A DNA stretch of 64,000 bases, from contig JAHDYR010000036.1 of the NCBI GenBank assembly GCA_019828565.1, forward strand, positions 62,001 through 126,000, in the 5' to 3' direction. Position 1 is the first letter of the stretch; the number at the start of each line of letters is the position of its first letter. The notes beneath the pieces were generated by a model, which was not told where the DNA came from, searched no databases, and saw nothing but the letters and a program-made list of their open reading frames with translations. This stretch comes from Carpediemonas membranifera BICM (taxonomy: Eukaryota > Protista > Fornicata). The translations under genes were made by a program, and so were the position numbers. This document shows positions 22,365 to 32,664 of the stretch, piece after piece.

Positions 22365-23765
22365 ATGAGTGTTGCTTGCCTGCTAACGGCAACGCTATCC
22401 TTTGTGAGTCCGAGCAGGATTGCCACATCGATGACGACACCACTCACCATCGCGATATGCTCAGACGCGTTTTACCCATCGATTGGAGGCGTAGAGCACC
22501 ACATATTATCCATCGCCACCGAGCTAGTTCGTCGTGGTAACCGGGTTATCGTCTTAACAATGCAGTATCCCGGCTACAGCGGCATCCGCTACCTGGATGT
22601 CTCTGACCCAGCAGATTCATCTATTAAGAAGCTGATCAAAGTGTTCTATCTGCCCATCAAGACCTATTCCCTTGGGATGGAGGGCTTGAAGCTTTCCATC
22701 ACCAGCGGCTTCGGCAGTCTTGCCCTCTACCGCAACATCTTCCTGCGGGAAGGGGTCGAAATCATCCACGGTCACCAGGCTAACAGCTTTGTAGCCCTGG
22801 AGGCAGTGTGGATTGGCAACGCCATGGGATTACGGACGATCTTCACAGACCACAGCCTCATACGGATGGGATCACCCCTGACAGTCCTGACCAACAAGAT
22901 CCTGTCGTACGCTCTAGCAAGTACGGACAGGCTTATCGCTGTGTCGGCTGAGAGTGGAGAGAACACCTCTCTCCGGTCGGGCCGCAGTCGACTCCCCGGG
23001 TCAGTTCACATCATACCGAACGCTGTAGATAGTAGATTCATGCCAGACCGCAGTAAGGTGTCTGATCCGGCTGATGTCATCCGAATTGTGACTGTATCGC
23101 GTCTGTCGTTTAGAAAGGGTGCTGATCTTTTGATTAGGGCCATCAGGGCCATCCTATCTGATTCTACGATGCCCAACGTGCACTTCGACGTTGTCGGGCC
23201 AGGTAGCGAGGCCTACATTTCTCAGCTCACGGCACTGGGCCCATGCGTCACCTATCACGGAGGTTTGCCCCACGACCAGGTTGTCAACGTCCTGCAGTCG
23301 GGTCATATCTCACTCACCACAAGCCTCACCGAGGCCTTCTGCATCGCAGTGCTGGAGGGGGCGGCCTGTGGTCTTGAGGTGGTCTCCACAGCGGTCGGCG
23401 GGGTCGTCAACGTACTGCCGCCCGACTACATAACTCTGTGCCGGCTGGAGAAGGAGCTGTCCGGCGTAGAGCTGGTGGGGGGGCTGAAGCAGACCATAGC
23501 CAGGGTCCACAGCTTGGGGGGTCCTGGTAATGCTGGGAAACGCGACAGACGGGCGGCCGAGCTCCATGAGTTCGTCAGGGGGAACTACTCATGGCCGCGG
23601 GTAGCAGAAGAGACCGAGACCGTCTACCGTTTGGCCATGGATCAGCCAAGGATAGGCCAGTGGACGAGATACATGACCGTCGGCGGTCTGGTGGCAGCCA
23701 TAGTGTTCTTTATGTGCACCATGGGAATAAGTCACGTGTTCAGCGTCATGGACTCCTTATGGTGA
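22365..23765 (+). CDS. PIGA: Phosphatidylinositol N-acetylglucosaminyltransferase subunit A (PIG-A/Gpi3)
   Basis: SDAFYPSIGGVEHH, FTDHSL, IPNAVD, VSRLSFRKGADLL, TSLTEAFCIAVLE and a C-terminal TM. The true start may be ATG 22431. Confidence 0.92.
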   Translation: MSVACLLTATLSFVSPSRIATSMTTPLTIAICSDAFYPSIGGVEHHILSIATELVRRGNRVIVLTMQYPGYSGIRYLDVSDPADSSIKKLIKVFYLPIKTYSLGMEGLKLSITSGFGSLALYRNIFLREGVEIIHGHQANSFVALEAVWIGNAMGLRTIFTDHSLIRMGSPLTVLTNKILSYALASTDRLIAVSAESGENTSLRSGRSRLPGSVHIIPNAVDSRFMPDRSKVSDPADVIRIVTVSRLSFRKGADLLIRAIRAILSDSTMPNVHFDVVGPGSEAYISQLTALGPCVTYHGGLPHDQVVNVLQSGHISLTTSLTEAFCIAVLEGAACGLEVVSTAVGGVVNVLPPDYITLCRLEKELSGVELVGGLKQTIARVHSLGGPGNAGKRDRRAAELHEFVRGNYSWPRVAEETETVYRLAMDQPRIGQWTRYMTVGGLVAAIVFFMCTMGISHVFSVMDSLW

Positions 23766-23812
23766 GTCGGCTGGGTCGATGCATTGCAAGGAGAAATTTA
23801 CTACTCATAAAC

Positions 23813-25312
23813 TTATGCCCGAGGATTGAACAAAGCTGACAGCTGGTTGTTGAGCATGGGGAGAGGTCTGTCTGGATGGGGCTGGGCCTCGTACTGCATG
23901 AACTCGAGTTCAGTCGAGCGGCCAGTGTAGAAACCGACAGCGCCCTTGTTCGTGTTGAAGTCGCAGTAGCGGGCGGCACTGAAGACGGTGGCGACCTTGG
24001 GGCCCTTGGGGAATTCGACCTTGTAGCCGTCGTCGACAACCTGGTGGGCTCGGACGACCTGAGTGAGGTTGTTCAAGGTCATAAACTCGTCAGCAACATC
24101 AGGGCCGAACTGGAAGCTGGTGCCTCTAGGACTGGGGGTGCGGCCCGGTGCGAGCGTCGGGTCTGACCAGAGGAGGTCGGTAAAGATGCCAGAAGAGGGG
24201 GGTTGCTGGTTGCGGTGGAGAAGGTTGATCTCGGGGAGGCGCGTCTTCGGGTCCGGGAGGCCGCCGTGAACAAACATCGTGCGATCGACACCTTCGATGT
24301 CGGCTACAGCAGCGAGGGGCAGCCGGTTGAAGATATCATCCAGGGCCTCGCTGAGCTTGGCAGTGTATCGCTGGACGATCTCAGCGTTGAGGCCGAACAT
24401 GCTGTTCATGTCCTTCGTCTCGTGGTTGCCTCTCAGCATCGTGACCGAATTAGGGCACATGACCTTGAGCGCAACGATGAGGACGAAGCAGGGAACGCCC
24501 CAGGCACCACGGTCGACGTAGTCGCCCATGAATACCATGCGGTGGGTGTCGCTGGGCATTCCGACGGTCTCGATGAGGTGAACGAGGTCGAAGAACTGGC
24601 CGTGCACGTCCCCGAAGACGGTAAGAACGCGGTTATCACCCGCAGCCTGGAGCTCGGCCTTGCTGATAGAGAACTCGACGAGGTTGGGCTCTGCGTTGAG
24701 GATCTCGAAGCCGCGCTTGAGGATCTGCAGTATATTGCGGTGAGGGATCTCCTTGTCCTGCTTGCAGAAGGCGATCAGACGGCGGATGTACTCTGGCGTG
24801 ATGGGATCTGTCGGGGTAAGCTCAAGCTCCGGGACCTCTACGGGGCCGGCGCCAGAAATGGAGAGATCGTAAAGCGCGAAGAATGACTTCGGTTGGATGC
24901 GGATAGCAGCCTCGAACAGCCGCTTCTTGTGCTCCTTCAGAGCTTGGTCGTACAGCTTGCGGGCCTTAGCGTCGTTCGGCTTGATAGCTACGAGGCTCTT
25001 GAAGTCCGAGGCGGCCTCCTTGAAGTGGAACAGGGAGGTGTGAGCGAGGGCACGGCGGTAAAACGCCTTGTATGACTGAGGGTTCAGATCCAGGGCCCTC
25101 GTGCAGTCTTGGAGGACAGTTCCATAGAGCTCAAGCTTCATAGCGGCAGCAGCACGGTTCGTCAGTAGGGCTTCCATGAATTCGGAGCTATCCGAGGCTT
25201 CCAGAGCCTGAGAGTAGTTGTAGATCGCCTCCTGGAACTTCTGCTGCTTAAAGTTGTCGTTGCCGAGTTGTTTCAAGCCTGCAACGAGCTGGTCGACAGA
25301 TTTTGCCGTCAT
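23813..25312 (-). CDS. PP5: Ser/Thr protein phosphatase 5 (TPR + PPP domain)
   Basis: Three N-terminal TPRs followed by GDVHGQ, GDYVDRG, RGNHE, HGG and RAHQ. Confidence 0.92.
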   Translation of the reverse strand: MTAKSVDQLVAGLKQLGNDNFKQQKFQEAIYNYSQALEASDSSEFMEALLTNRAAAAMKLELYGTVLQDCTRALDLNPQSYKAFYRRALAHTSLFHFKEAASDFKSLVAIKPNDAKARKLYDQALKEHKKRLFEAAIRIQPKSFFALYDLSISGAGPVEVPELELTPTDPITPEYIRRLIAFCKQDKEIPHRNILQILKRGFEILNAEPNLVEFSISKAELQAAGDNRVLTVFGDVHGQFFDLVHLIETVGMPSDTHRMVFMGDYVDRGAWGVPCFVLIVALKVMCPNSVTMLRGNHETKDMNSMFGLNAEIVQRYTAKLSEALDDIFNRLPLAAVADIEGVDRTMFVHGGLPDPKTRLPEINLLHRNQQPPSSGIFTDLLWSDPTLAPGRTPSPRGTSFQFGPDVADEFMTLNNLTQVVRAHQVVDDGYKVEFPKGPKVATVFSAARYCDFNTNKGAVGFYTGRSTELEFMQYEAQPHPDRPLPMLNNQLSALFNPRA

Positions 25313-25602
25313 CACACCCTGGATGGCGCAGGTTTATTCATCTTTGCAGGTACCGTCCTGGAAACGATCTGGGCACAGTATGAGGGCATGAAGACCTATA
25401 GGGCGGGGTCAGGTTCAGACTGGGTAACCTAATCACTCTCAAGTGTTCAAATCAGGGCAATCATAGAACTGACTGTCAATGGTCTCGGCTACAGGATGCA
25501 TCTCGATGACGCCCGCTTTCTCATTTCCAGCCGATTTACGTGATTTGATTTATGTTGCATAGCACGGAGTCACGAAGAGTCAAGCGAAGAAACTTGCTCA
25601 AA

Positions 25603-26955
25603 ATGGCTCGTTTGGCAGCGATTCTTCTTGCTTTGGTCGTTGTTTGCACCGCCTTCCCCAATCCTTTCGCCCTTGGCGAAAGCTGGCCGAAGAAGGTCCC
25701 CGAATTCGCGTTCAAGGGCTATAACCTTGGGACAACCAAGAACCCTTACAAGGACGTTCTTACTACCAACGGCTTCGAGTCTGCCATGAAGGAGGCTCTG
25801 AAGCACGCTAAGAAGGACCTCGATACCGCCGATCAGACCAAGATCCTCTCGAACATCAACGCCTTCTTCTCGACCAATGCTCGCGCCCACATCGCCGACA
25901 TGGCTGCTGTTATTCCTTCCATCTCTGTCAACGACCTCTACATCCTCAACGTCTGGTACGACATGACCTATGGTGATGCTTCTACCACCATCATCGTCCG
26001 TTCTTCCGAAGAGTCTGTTTCTGGCCGCCCCATCATCGGCTTCTCCTTCAACGCCGACAAGATCTCCGCCACCGACGACCGCATGGATCGCAGCTACGAC
26101 CTCCTCCAGCGCCTGTCCCTTGTCCTCAACTACGAGGACAACACGGGTTCCATGGTTCAGCGTATCGCCACCCTCGCCGGTTCCGCCGGTATGCTTATGG
26201 GCCTCTCCAACCTCGGCAGCGAGGGCTATGCCATGACCGTCTCGCCCAACTACGACAGCAAGAAGAATCCTCAGATCAAGACGATGATCGACAGCTGGAC
26301 TTCTGAGTACTCACTGCCCATGCTCTATGCCAGAGAGATGCTCATGAACACACCCAAGTACACTGCTGTCGACCAGGTCGTGAAGGGTGAGGTTCGCACG
26401 AAGATCCCACTTTTCCTGACTGTCGCCGGCGCTGGCGCATATTCTGCCGATGTCTACATCACCGACGGCGAGGCTGTGAACGACCACATCCCCTTCACCT
26501 ACCAGCACCACGTGATCATCGTAGATTCCTCTAAGAAGGAGACAGGCATCCTCTCGAAGTACGACGCTGTCAAGACCGCCATCAGCGGGGCCCCCGTCTC
26601 TGCTGACTCGATGATGAAGACTGTTATGACCACGTACCCCGCCCGCACAGAGAAGACCGTCTTCATCGCCACCTCTGACGTCTCGTCGTCCAAATTCCAG
26701 GCGACCAAGCAAAAGTGCGAGTACATCAAGGCCTTCAATGACCACGCCAGCCTCATCGTCGACGGCTGCAACAACCCTCCCGCCCCCGTCAACCTCGCCA
26801 TCCCCGCCCTCTCTGTCGTCATCTTCCTTGGTGTCATCACGATGGCAGTTTATGGTTTCTTCGAGAGACGTCGCCAGATGAAGCTCATCAAGACCGCCAC
26901 GAAGGCCGCCTCCGAGTCCCAGGCGGTCTATGAGCCCATTGCTGATGAGGAATAA
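25603..26955 (+). CDS. Membrane-anchored acid ceramidase/NAAA-like Ntn-fold protein, divergent
   Basis: Signal peptide at ATG 25603 and a C-terminal TM. Collinear similarity to acid ceramidase: LNVWYD-x5-STTIIVR, TLAGSAGMLMGL, AREMLMNTPKY, PLFLTVAG, VMTTYPARTEKTVF. Confidence 0.6.
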   Translation: MARLAAILLALVVVCTAFPNPFALGESWPKKVPEFAFKGYNLGTTKNPYKDVLTTNGFESAMKEALKHAKKDLDTADQTKILSNINAFFSTNARAHIADMAAVIPSISVNDLYILNVWYDMTYGDASTTIIVRSSEESVSGRPIIGFSFNADKISATDDRMDRSYDLLQRLSLVLNYEDNTGSMVQRIATLAGSAGMLMGLSNLGSEGYAMTVSPNYDSKKNPQIKTMIDSWTSEYSLPMLYAREMLMNTPKYTAVDQVVKGEVRTKIPLFLTVAGAGAYSADVYITDGEAVNDHIPFTYQHHVIIVDSSKKETGILSKYDAVKTAISGAPVSADSMMKTVMTTYPARTEKTVFIATSDVSSSKFQATKQKCEYIKAFNDHASLIVDGCNNPPAPVNLAIPALSVVIFLGVITMAVYGFFERRRQMKLIKTATKAASESQAVYEPIADEE

Positions 26956-27053
26956 GATTTGTTTGGTAAAATTCGAATAATATGACTGTTTCAGCTCGCT
27001 TAGTTTACTCAAGTCGAAGAGAAGCAAGGGGTTCGTAAACAGAGGCCTGGCCC

Positions 27054-30000
27054 CTATCTGTTGTGCATGACGATGTTGCCGAAGCCGCTGATGGTTTCCT
27101 TAGTTACGTTCGGCTTGGCTTTCTCTCTCCTCTGGGGGCGGGGGCGATGGCGCTCCTCGTCGCTGGCCTCGAGATCGAAGTCCCCTGCTGCTGCTCTATG
27201 CTTCAGGAACTCGGCCAGCTTCTCGTTGTGGCCCTCATCTTCGTCGACGACCTTGCCGACTGCCTGCCGACCCAACTTCGAATCAGCCTCGACCGAGAAG
27301 GTTCGGGTGACGCTCTTGTGCCCCTTCTTGACCAGCAGCGTCATCGTCACGTTGTCCTCCTCCTCCTCGTCTTCCTTGACTCTTGCGGCCAATGGAATGC
27401 GGACATCCATGTGGCCCGCCCTCACTTGCTTGGCGAGGGTGACGTCTTGGTCTACGATGAGATCCAGCTCGCGGTCGACCTCATCTTCCATCCGGGCCTT
27501 CTCGTCGGCCTCCTCCTGGCGCCTCTTCTCGTCCTCCTGCCTGAGCTGCTCCAGCTTATCACGGTGCGTCTGTGGCTCTGGACGAGGGTCAGCCCCATCG
27601 GTTAGGTCAGACGCATGTGCCATTACTGTCATGTTGCCCATAACGCTGGTGGCCATGGCGATGTTGAGGTCCTCCTCACATTCGTATCTCTCCATCAGTG
27701 TGTTAAAGTGCGCGTGAAAATCCTGCAGCATGAATTCATGATCCAAGAGGATGTCCGATTTGGTGAAGACGTATTTCTGGAAGTCAAGCAGTGTCTGTCG
27801 CATTCTGGGGTCAAATTGCACCAGATCTAGCGGGATACGGTCGAATAATTCGCACACGAGTACGATTCTGAATCCGTCCTGCTTCGAGTCGAAAGGATTA
27901 TCCCCAACGATGCTCTGGGCTGTATGCCCGTGTTCCATTATCAGCCGGGAGACACAGAAAAGCGTGTCGGCCGAAACAACACCCTCGACAAACAACGCGG
28001 CCAGCAGCCTGCAGTGAGCCACCCGGGCCTGCTCAGCGACCCTAGCCCTGCTGGCGGCGTGCTGGGCAACGACACTACACCGCTCGCCCTGTGCCAGGCC
28101 CGCTGCGATCCTCTCCATGAGCAAGTCGAGAATGAGGGCTCTGGGGACTTCGGTGTCGGCCAGCAGAGCCGTGGTGTGGGCGATCGCGGCTATGTGGGAC
28201 AGGCCATGTCTATGGGCCCTGACCATCTCCTTTGACAGCTGGACAAAGCAACCGCGCCAGTCTAGTTTGGCGATGAGGCGGGCCGCCACATCAGGACTGT
28301 AGCACGTCGAGGGCTCATCGTCCCCAGCCACCGAGGATGGCACCACGGTGCCATCCATGGAAGTGTGAGAAAGCACGTGCCGGAGATAACGGACGTGAGG
28401 GTGTTTGAGTTGCTTGGGCTCAGGAACAGCGGCGGTGCCGGGCTGGCTGGCGAGTATGGCGTTGGCAAGGACGGCATCGAGCTCCTGACTGCGACCCACA
28501 GACTTTCTTATCGTCTCGACCTCTGACAGGTGGTTCGTCAGCGCGGTGCGGGTGCTCGTCTGCATGAAGAGCCACAGACCACAGGAGTGAAGTATTGACG
28601 CCAGCACCCGCAGCGAGGCCTCTGTGCGGTCAGTCTCGAGTCTGTTAAGGGCTCTGAAGACGACGTGGGTGTCAACCACACGGAACTTTGCTAGCTCGGC
28701 TATAAGAGCGCCGTTCCGGACCCGAACGTCGATATCCTTCTGGTTCTTGGCGAGGTTGTCGAAGTTGGTGGCGACCGCGTCTTCAACCTCCTTGGGTGGT
28801 AGGAAACCAGCGATCTTCGTCAGGCCGGCGATTGCCCTTGCGACCAGCGGGATGACGTAGGACGGAGTGTGACCTGACGCGTGTGTGACGGTTGACAGCA
28901 GCTTGTTGTTGAACTTCGGGCCTAATAGTGCGAAATCAAATGTCCATTGATCCGCGGCGACGGTGTTGGGAAGCTGGTACAGCTTGGCCAGTAGACAGCG
29001 GGCGGTGACGGTGTCAGTGTCGTGGCCGTCATCCTCGTCCCGTTTCTCCCGCTGGAACACAGTTGGAGGCAGCTCTCCTGTGATGTCGGGCACCCTGGTG
29101 TAAAAGACGACGTCGGCTGGATCAACAAAGGGAACCTCAACCTCAGGGGTGTCTGTATCCACGGGATGCTCCGTCGGCAGCGTCACCTCCGCTGGGGCTG
29201 TTACCGAGGGCATCTCAGTGCCAATGATCTCAGCAAGTGCTGCCATGTGTGTGTCGAGACGCGACATCGTCTCCTGGGATTTCGAAAAGGCCTCAGTCTT
29301 GGTACTAGGGACATCGCCGCGCTCCTTCATCTCGCGCTGGATCTCACGCTCGAGTTTGAGGTGCCTGCGCTTTGTCGCAGTGTAGTAATTTGCCAGCTTA
29401 GCCCAGTAGTCGCCAATGATGGCATTGAACGTCGAAACCTCACTGGGAGACAGCAGGGGAGGTATCTCAGTCCCACCGATGTTGCCACCGACGAGGGGCA
29501 CCATCGATGCCTTGAGGTACGAGACGACGATGACAAGGTTCGTGCTGGGGTCCTCGAGGCGTTGGTCGGGCTGGATCAGGAGGGTCAGGGATTGCTGAAC
29601 CATCTTGAATGAGGGAAGAACGCCGACGAGGAAGAGATCGGTCGTCAGGCGAGCGATGTTGCGGCGGACAACCTTCGTGTCGGAGTTGCCCGCGCTGCTG
29701 ATCTTCACCTGCTCCTTGATCAAAGGGAGGAGGCAATCGAGGAAGCCCTTGCCCCCTGAGGCGTCAGGAGGGTACCGTTGAGTCATCTTGGCGCACAGCT
29801 GGGCGCCGAAATAGAACTCGGGCTTGTACGAGAACTTCATCACCGCATCGGCCACCTCGTCCAGATGGCGGCTAAGATTGAGCTTCTCTAGATCGGCGAG
29901 GAGCGGCGTTGGTGGCTTCGGAGGGTTCTTGGCGAGTCGGTTCGTGAACTTCTTGTTGTCGGCCTGCGAAGGCTTACAAAGCTCGAATGTAACCTTTTTC

Positions 30001-30077
30001 TTAACTAACTCGATGTGTTTTCGGCGCTCTTCACGCCGTTGAGCGATCTGTGTGGCAATAGCGTCAGTTGACGACAT
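27054..30077 (-). CDS. UPF2: Nonsense-mediated decay factor UPF2 (MIF4G repeats)
   Basis: N-terminal LEKLNLSRHLDEVA, LIAELAKFRV, D-x-FRIVLVCEL, FQKYVFTK, acidic C-terminus, and Upf1-binding-like VTMTLLVKKGHK. Start taken at ATG 30077. Confidence 0.8.
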   Translation of the reverse strand: MSSTDAIATQIAQRREERRKHIELVKKKVTFELCKPSQADNKKFTNRLAKNPPKPPTPLLADLEKLNLSRHLDEVADAVMKFSYKPEFYFGAQLCAKMTQRYPPDASGGKGFLDCLLPLIKEQVKISSAGNSDTKVVRRNIARLTTDLFLVGVLPSFKMVQQSLTLLIQPDQRLEDPSTNLVIVVSYLKASMVPLVGGNIGGTEIPPLLSPSEVSTFNAIIGDYWAKLANYYTATKRRHLKLEREIQREMKERGDVPSTKTEAFSKSQETMSRLDTHMAALAEIIGTEMPSVTAPAEVTLPTEHPVDTDTPEVEVPFVDPADVVFYTRVPDITGELPPTVFQREKRDEDDGHDTDTVTARCLLAKLYQLPNTVAADQWTFDFALLGPKFNNKLLSTVTHASGHTPSYVIPLVARAIAGLTKIAGFLPPKEVEDAVATNFDNLAKNQKDIDVRVRNGALIAELAKFRVVDTHVVFRALNRLETDRTEASLRVLASILHSCGLWLFMQTSTRTALTNHLSEVETIRKSVGRSQELDAVLANAILASQPGTAAVPEPKQLKHPHVRYLRHVLSHTSMDGTVVPSSVAGDDEPSTCYSPDVAARLIAKLDWRGCFVQLSKEMVRAHRHGLSHIAAIAHTTALLADTEVPRALILDLLMERIAAGLAQGERCSVVAQHAASRARVAEQARVAHCRLLAALFVEGVVSADTLFCVSRLIMEHGHTAQSIVGDNPFDSKQDGFRIVLVCELFDRIPLDLVQFDPRMRQTLLDFQKYVFTKSDILLDHEFMLQDFHAHFNTLMERYECEEDLNIAMATSVMGNMTVMAHASDLTDGADPRPEPQTHRDKLEQLRQEDEKRRQEEADEKARMEDEVDRELDLIVDQDVTLAKQVRAGHMDVRIPLAARVKEDEEEEDNVTMTLLVKKGHKSVTRTFSVEADSKLGRQAVGKVVDEDEGHNEKLAEFLKHRAAAGDFDLEASDEERHRPRPQRREKAKPNVTKETISGFGNIVMHNR

Positions 30078-30228
30078 CTTCGAAGAGTGCTGAGATAAAC
30101 TGCGGAGTTGACCCAGGAGCCCCGCAGGGAGCGTATTCCCTGCCATATGCATGGGAAACCGACGCAGGACCGTCTACCATCCGTTATTTTATCGTGACCC
30201 TTTTCTGACAATACCTTCTGCCGCATTG

Positions 30229-30642
30229 ATGCCAGTTGAAAGGAAGAGGCAGGAGAAGAAACCGCCCAAACGTCTTCAATCAGGATCATTGACACAGCTT
30301 GTGAACTTTGATGCCCTTGTCGGCAAGCATAAGGTCCTGTCGAGCTCGAAGTCGCTGCTGGATCAAGGGTTCAAGTGCCCGGTCTGTGGTTACAAGATGC
30401 AGGACTCTATTACCTACAGAGACCATGTGAAAAGGCACGAACAGTTCATGTCCAAGAGAAAGGGATCAATGTCTTTCGAGTACCTTGCCGCGTACTATGA
30501 GCTCGCGTTGTCGCAGGCAGAGCTACCTGGAAACGTTGCCACTTACACAGATGTCCCGATTACCGATGCTGAGATTCGTCTGCGACGTGACGAGGCCCGT
30601 GTGACCATCTTGAAGGAGCTTGGGGTGAGTGAAAGTGGCTGA
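30229..30642 (+). CDS. C2H2 matrin-type zinc-finger protein, Snu23/ZMAT2-like (spliceosomal B complex)
   Basis: VNFDALVGKHKVL...GFKCPVCGYKMQDSITYRDHV resembles the ZMAT2 VDL..LGK...GYYC..C....KDS..FLDH pattern. Start taken at ATG 30229. Confidence 0.65.
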   Translation: MPVERKRQEKKPPKRLQSGSLTQLVNFDALVGKHKVLSSSKSLLDQGFKCPVCGYKMQDSITYRDHVKRHEQFMSKRKGSMSFEYLAAYYELALSQAELPGNVATYTDVPITDAEIRLRRDEARVTILKELGVSESG

Positions 30643-30723
30643 GACATGATGCCAATACCGCAGTAGGTGTCTCTTATCAGACCATCGTATTAAACCATGC
30701 AGCGTCGCTACTTTACTACAAAC

Positions 30724-32220
30724 CTAAGGGTACCAGCGCTCTGCTCTGACAGGCCAGCGGGCGTCCTGCGCGCTGGGGTCTGATTCCATCTTTCTCTTGG
30801 ACATGATCGCGAAGTAGACGTCCTGCTGGGGCCAACGGGGAATGGAATGCAGCCCCTCGAGGGTGTCCCAGGAGAGGAAAGGAAGTCGGACGGCCTTCCA
30901 TAGCTCATCGATGGTCGCATCGTCAAGGTCAGTATTGGCCTTCATGTAGGCGACGACGAAGTCCAGCAGCTGATCCTCGTCCTGAGGTACCAGGCCGCCA
31001 TCCTGTACAATACGGACGACGCGACTGGGCTTAAGGGGAAGCATGGCACCCCAAGTATCGGGAGAGGAGTAGTAGCCGAAGTCATCAATGATACGCTGGC
31101 AGCAGAGCTCATGAAGGTCCGCGGCGTTCTCGATATTATCGTAGAACATCAGCACCTGGGGAGCAAGTGGCGGTGTGATGGTAGTGATCAGGGGTGCGAA
31201 GACCTCTAAAGCCATAGACGACGGTATCGAGCTCGAGCCAAGGGTTCTCAGCCCATGGAGGTAGTGGGCGAGCAGGAAAGCGGGTATGAGCTTGAACCTG
31301 TCGCCCCGGTCCAGAGCTTGCTGGGAGATGTACTTCACACAGCTGAACGTAGTACCGGCAAGGGCCTGGATAAGAGGAGGCACCGGAGTCTTGCCAGGCA
31401 TGGCTCCCTCGTCGATTAGTCGCCTCAAATCGGGAAGCAATAGATCGATGCACATGCTGCCCGCCCTGATGAGATAGGGGCCAGGCGATGTGACGGCGTT
31501 GATCCTATTGAGGAGAGTCAACACAACTCTGGGATCAATGTCCTTAATCTGTGCGGCCCAGCGCTCGAGGATGTCGGCACCCATGTACTGCGAGTCCGGG
31601 CCAGAGAGCGTCAGCGCGTGGGCCCACAGCTTAGAGGCGAATGTGAGAGGTGGGTTGTCCATTCTTGTGAGCAGGTCGAGGACGGCATCCACCCCCAGGG
31701 CCCAGAGGTCGTGCTTGTGGAGGAACTTCTCAAGGTTCTTCGCCGCAACGTTCTTGGCCTCTTCAATGAGAGGTGTCTGGATGTTGAGCACCTGGAATGC
31801 CTTGAGGAACTGGAGCACTGTCCTGTCGCTCAGCATCTTCCGCCCATGCTCAAGGAGGGCATCAGAGATGGCTTGGTCGGCTCCAAACTCAGCGCACGCC
31901 ACCATGCAATGGGGCAGGGTTTCAGCGGTGATGCGGGCACTGCCAGTGTAGACGGCCTCGAGCAACAGGGGCAAGACAAGCGCGAGGGGGTTGGAGGAAA
32001 GATCGTCGCGGGGATTGGATGGCGAGTTCTTAGAGAACCAGAGCTTCTTAAAGTAACTGAAACGGGCCGCAAGGATGCATTTGTGGATCGGGTATTGCGT
32101 TCCGCCGATTATGAGAACATGATCGCTCGTAGCGGCGTCATTATAGAGTACTGCGATCGTTGGCTCGAATTTAAGCTCTGTTTTGTCTTCTACTGGCCTT
32201 CTCTGCATAGACATTGACAT
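30724..32220 (-). CDS. BTB/POZ-BACK domain protein
   Basis: SDHVLIIGGTQYPIHKCILAARFSYFKKLW (BTB); EDQLLDFVVAY and LWKAVRLPFL (BACK-like). Start taken at ATG 32220. Confidence 0.8.
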   Translation of the reverse strand: MSMSMQRRPVEDKTELKFEPTIAVLYNDAATSDHVLIIGGTQYPIHKCILAARFSYFKKLWFSKNSPSNPRDDLSSNPLALVLPLLLEAVYTGSARITAETLPHCMVACAEFGADQAISDALLEHGRKMLSDRTVLQFLKAFQVLNIQTPLIEEAKNVAAKNLEKFLHKHDLWALGVDAVLDLLTRMDNPPLTFASKLWAHALTLSGPDSQYMGADILERWAAQIKDIDPRVVLTLLNRINAVTSPGPYLIRAGSMCIDLLLPDLRRLIDEGAMPGKTPVPPLIQALAGTTFSCVKYISQQALDRGDRFKLIPAFLLAHYLHGLRTLGSSSIPSSMALEVFAPLITTITPPLAPQVLMFYDNIENAADLHELCCQRIIDDFGYYSSPDTWGAMLPLKPSRVVRIVQDGGLVPQDEDQLLDFVVAYMKANTDLDDATIDELWKAVRLPFLSWDTLEGLHSIPRWPQQDVYFAIMSKRKMESDPSAQDARWPVRAERWYP

Positions 32221-32664
32221 AGCCGTTTCGCGTTGGCAGCCAAGTCGATGCTGTAGTGATTGCTCGACAAAGGTGCGAAAATTTTGGATGTATCGAGTGA
32301 GGTTGGCTGGGTCGGTTGTGTGGCAGGCATCATCTGGGTCGGCTAAGCATGTTGAATATTTCTCGAATTTCGTGGCTCTCACCAGGCTCAACACGTCTCA
32401 TTGTGGCATTCTATTCATACCCAACTAAATGCTCGCTGCGGTGTTTGCCATGCTACTATAACAGTGGCGGAGTGGCCCTCGTTGCCGTCACTCTTAAGCA
32501 TGCCATACGACGGTCATTGGGCCAATGCGCCTGCCCTTGACCCAAACAGCGCCGCTAGCCCCAGCCCAGCATCCATGAGGGTTGTGGGCAGCTGATATCA
32601 GAAGTCGTCGATTGTCGCGGCATCGAATCGCGTCTCATGGAACGCTGCTGAAAGTGGCATTAGC

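Noticed and set aside
23762-23790. Possible terminal intron in PIG-A (GTGAGT...GCAAG) extending the C-terminus
   Set aside because: The acceptor does not fit the TYACWYAG consensus and the product would overlap the PP5 stop; needs RNA-seq.
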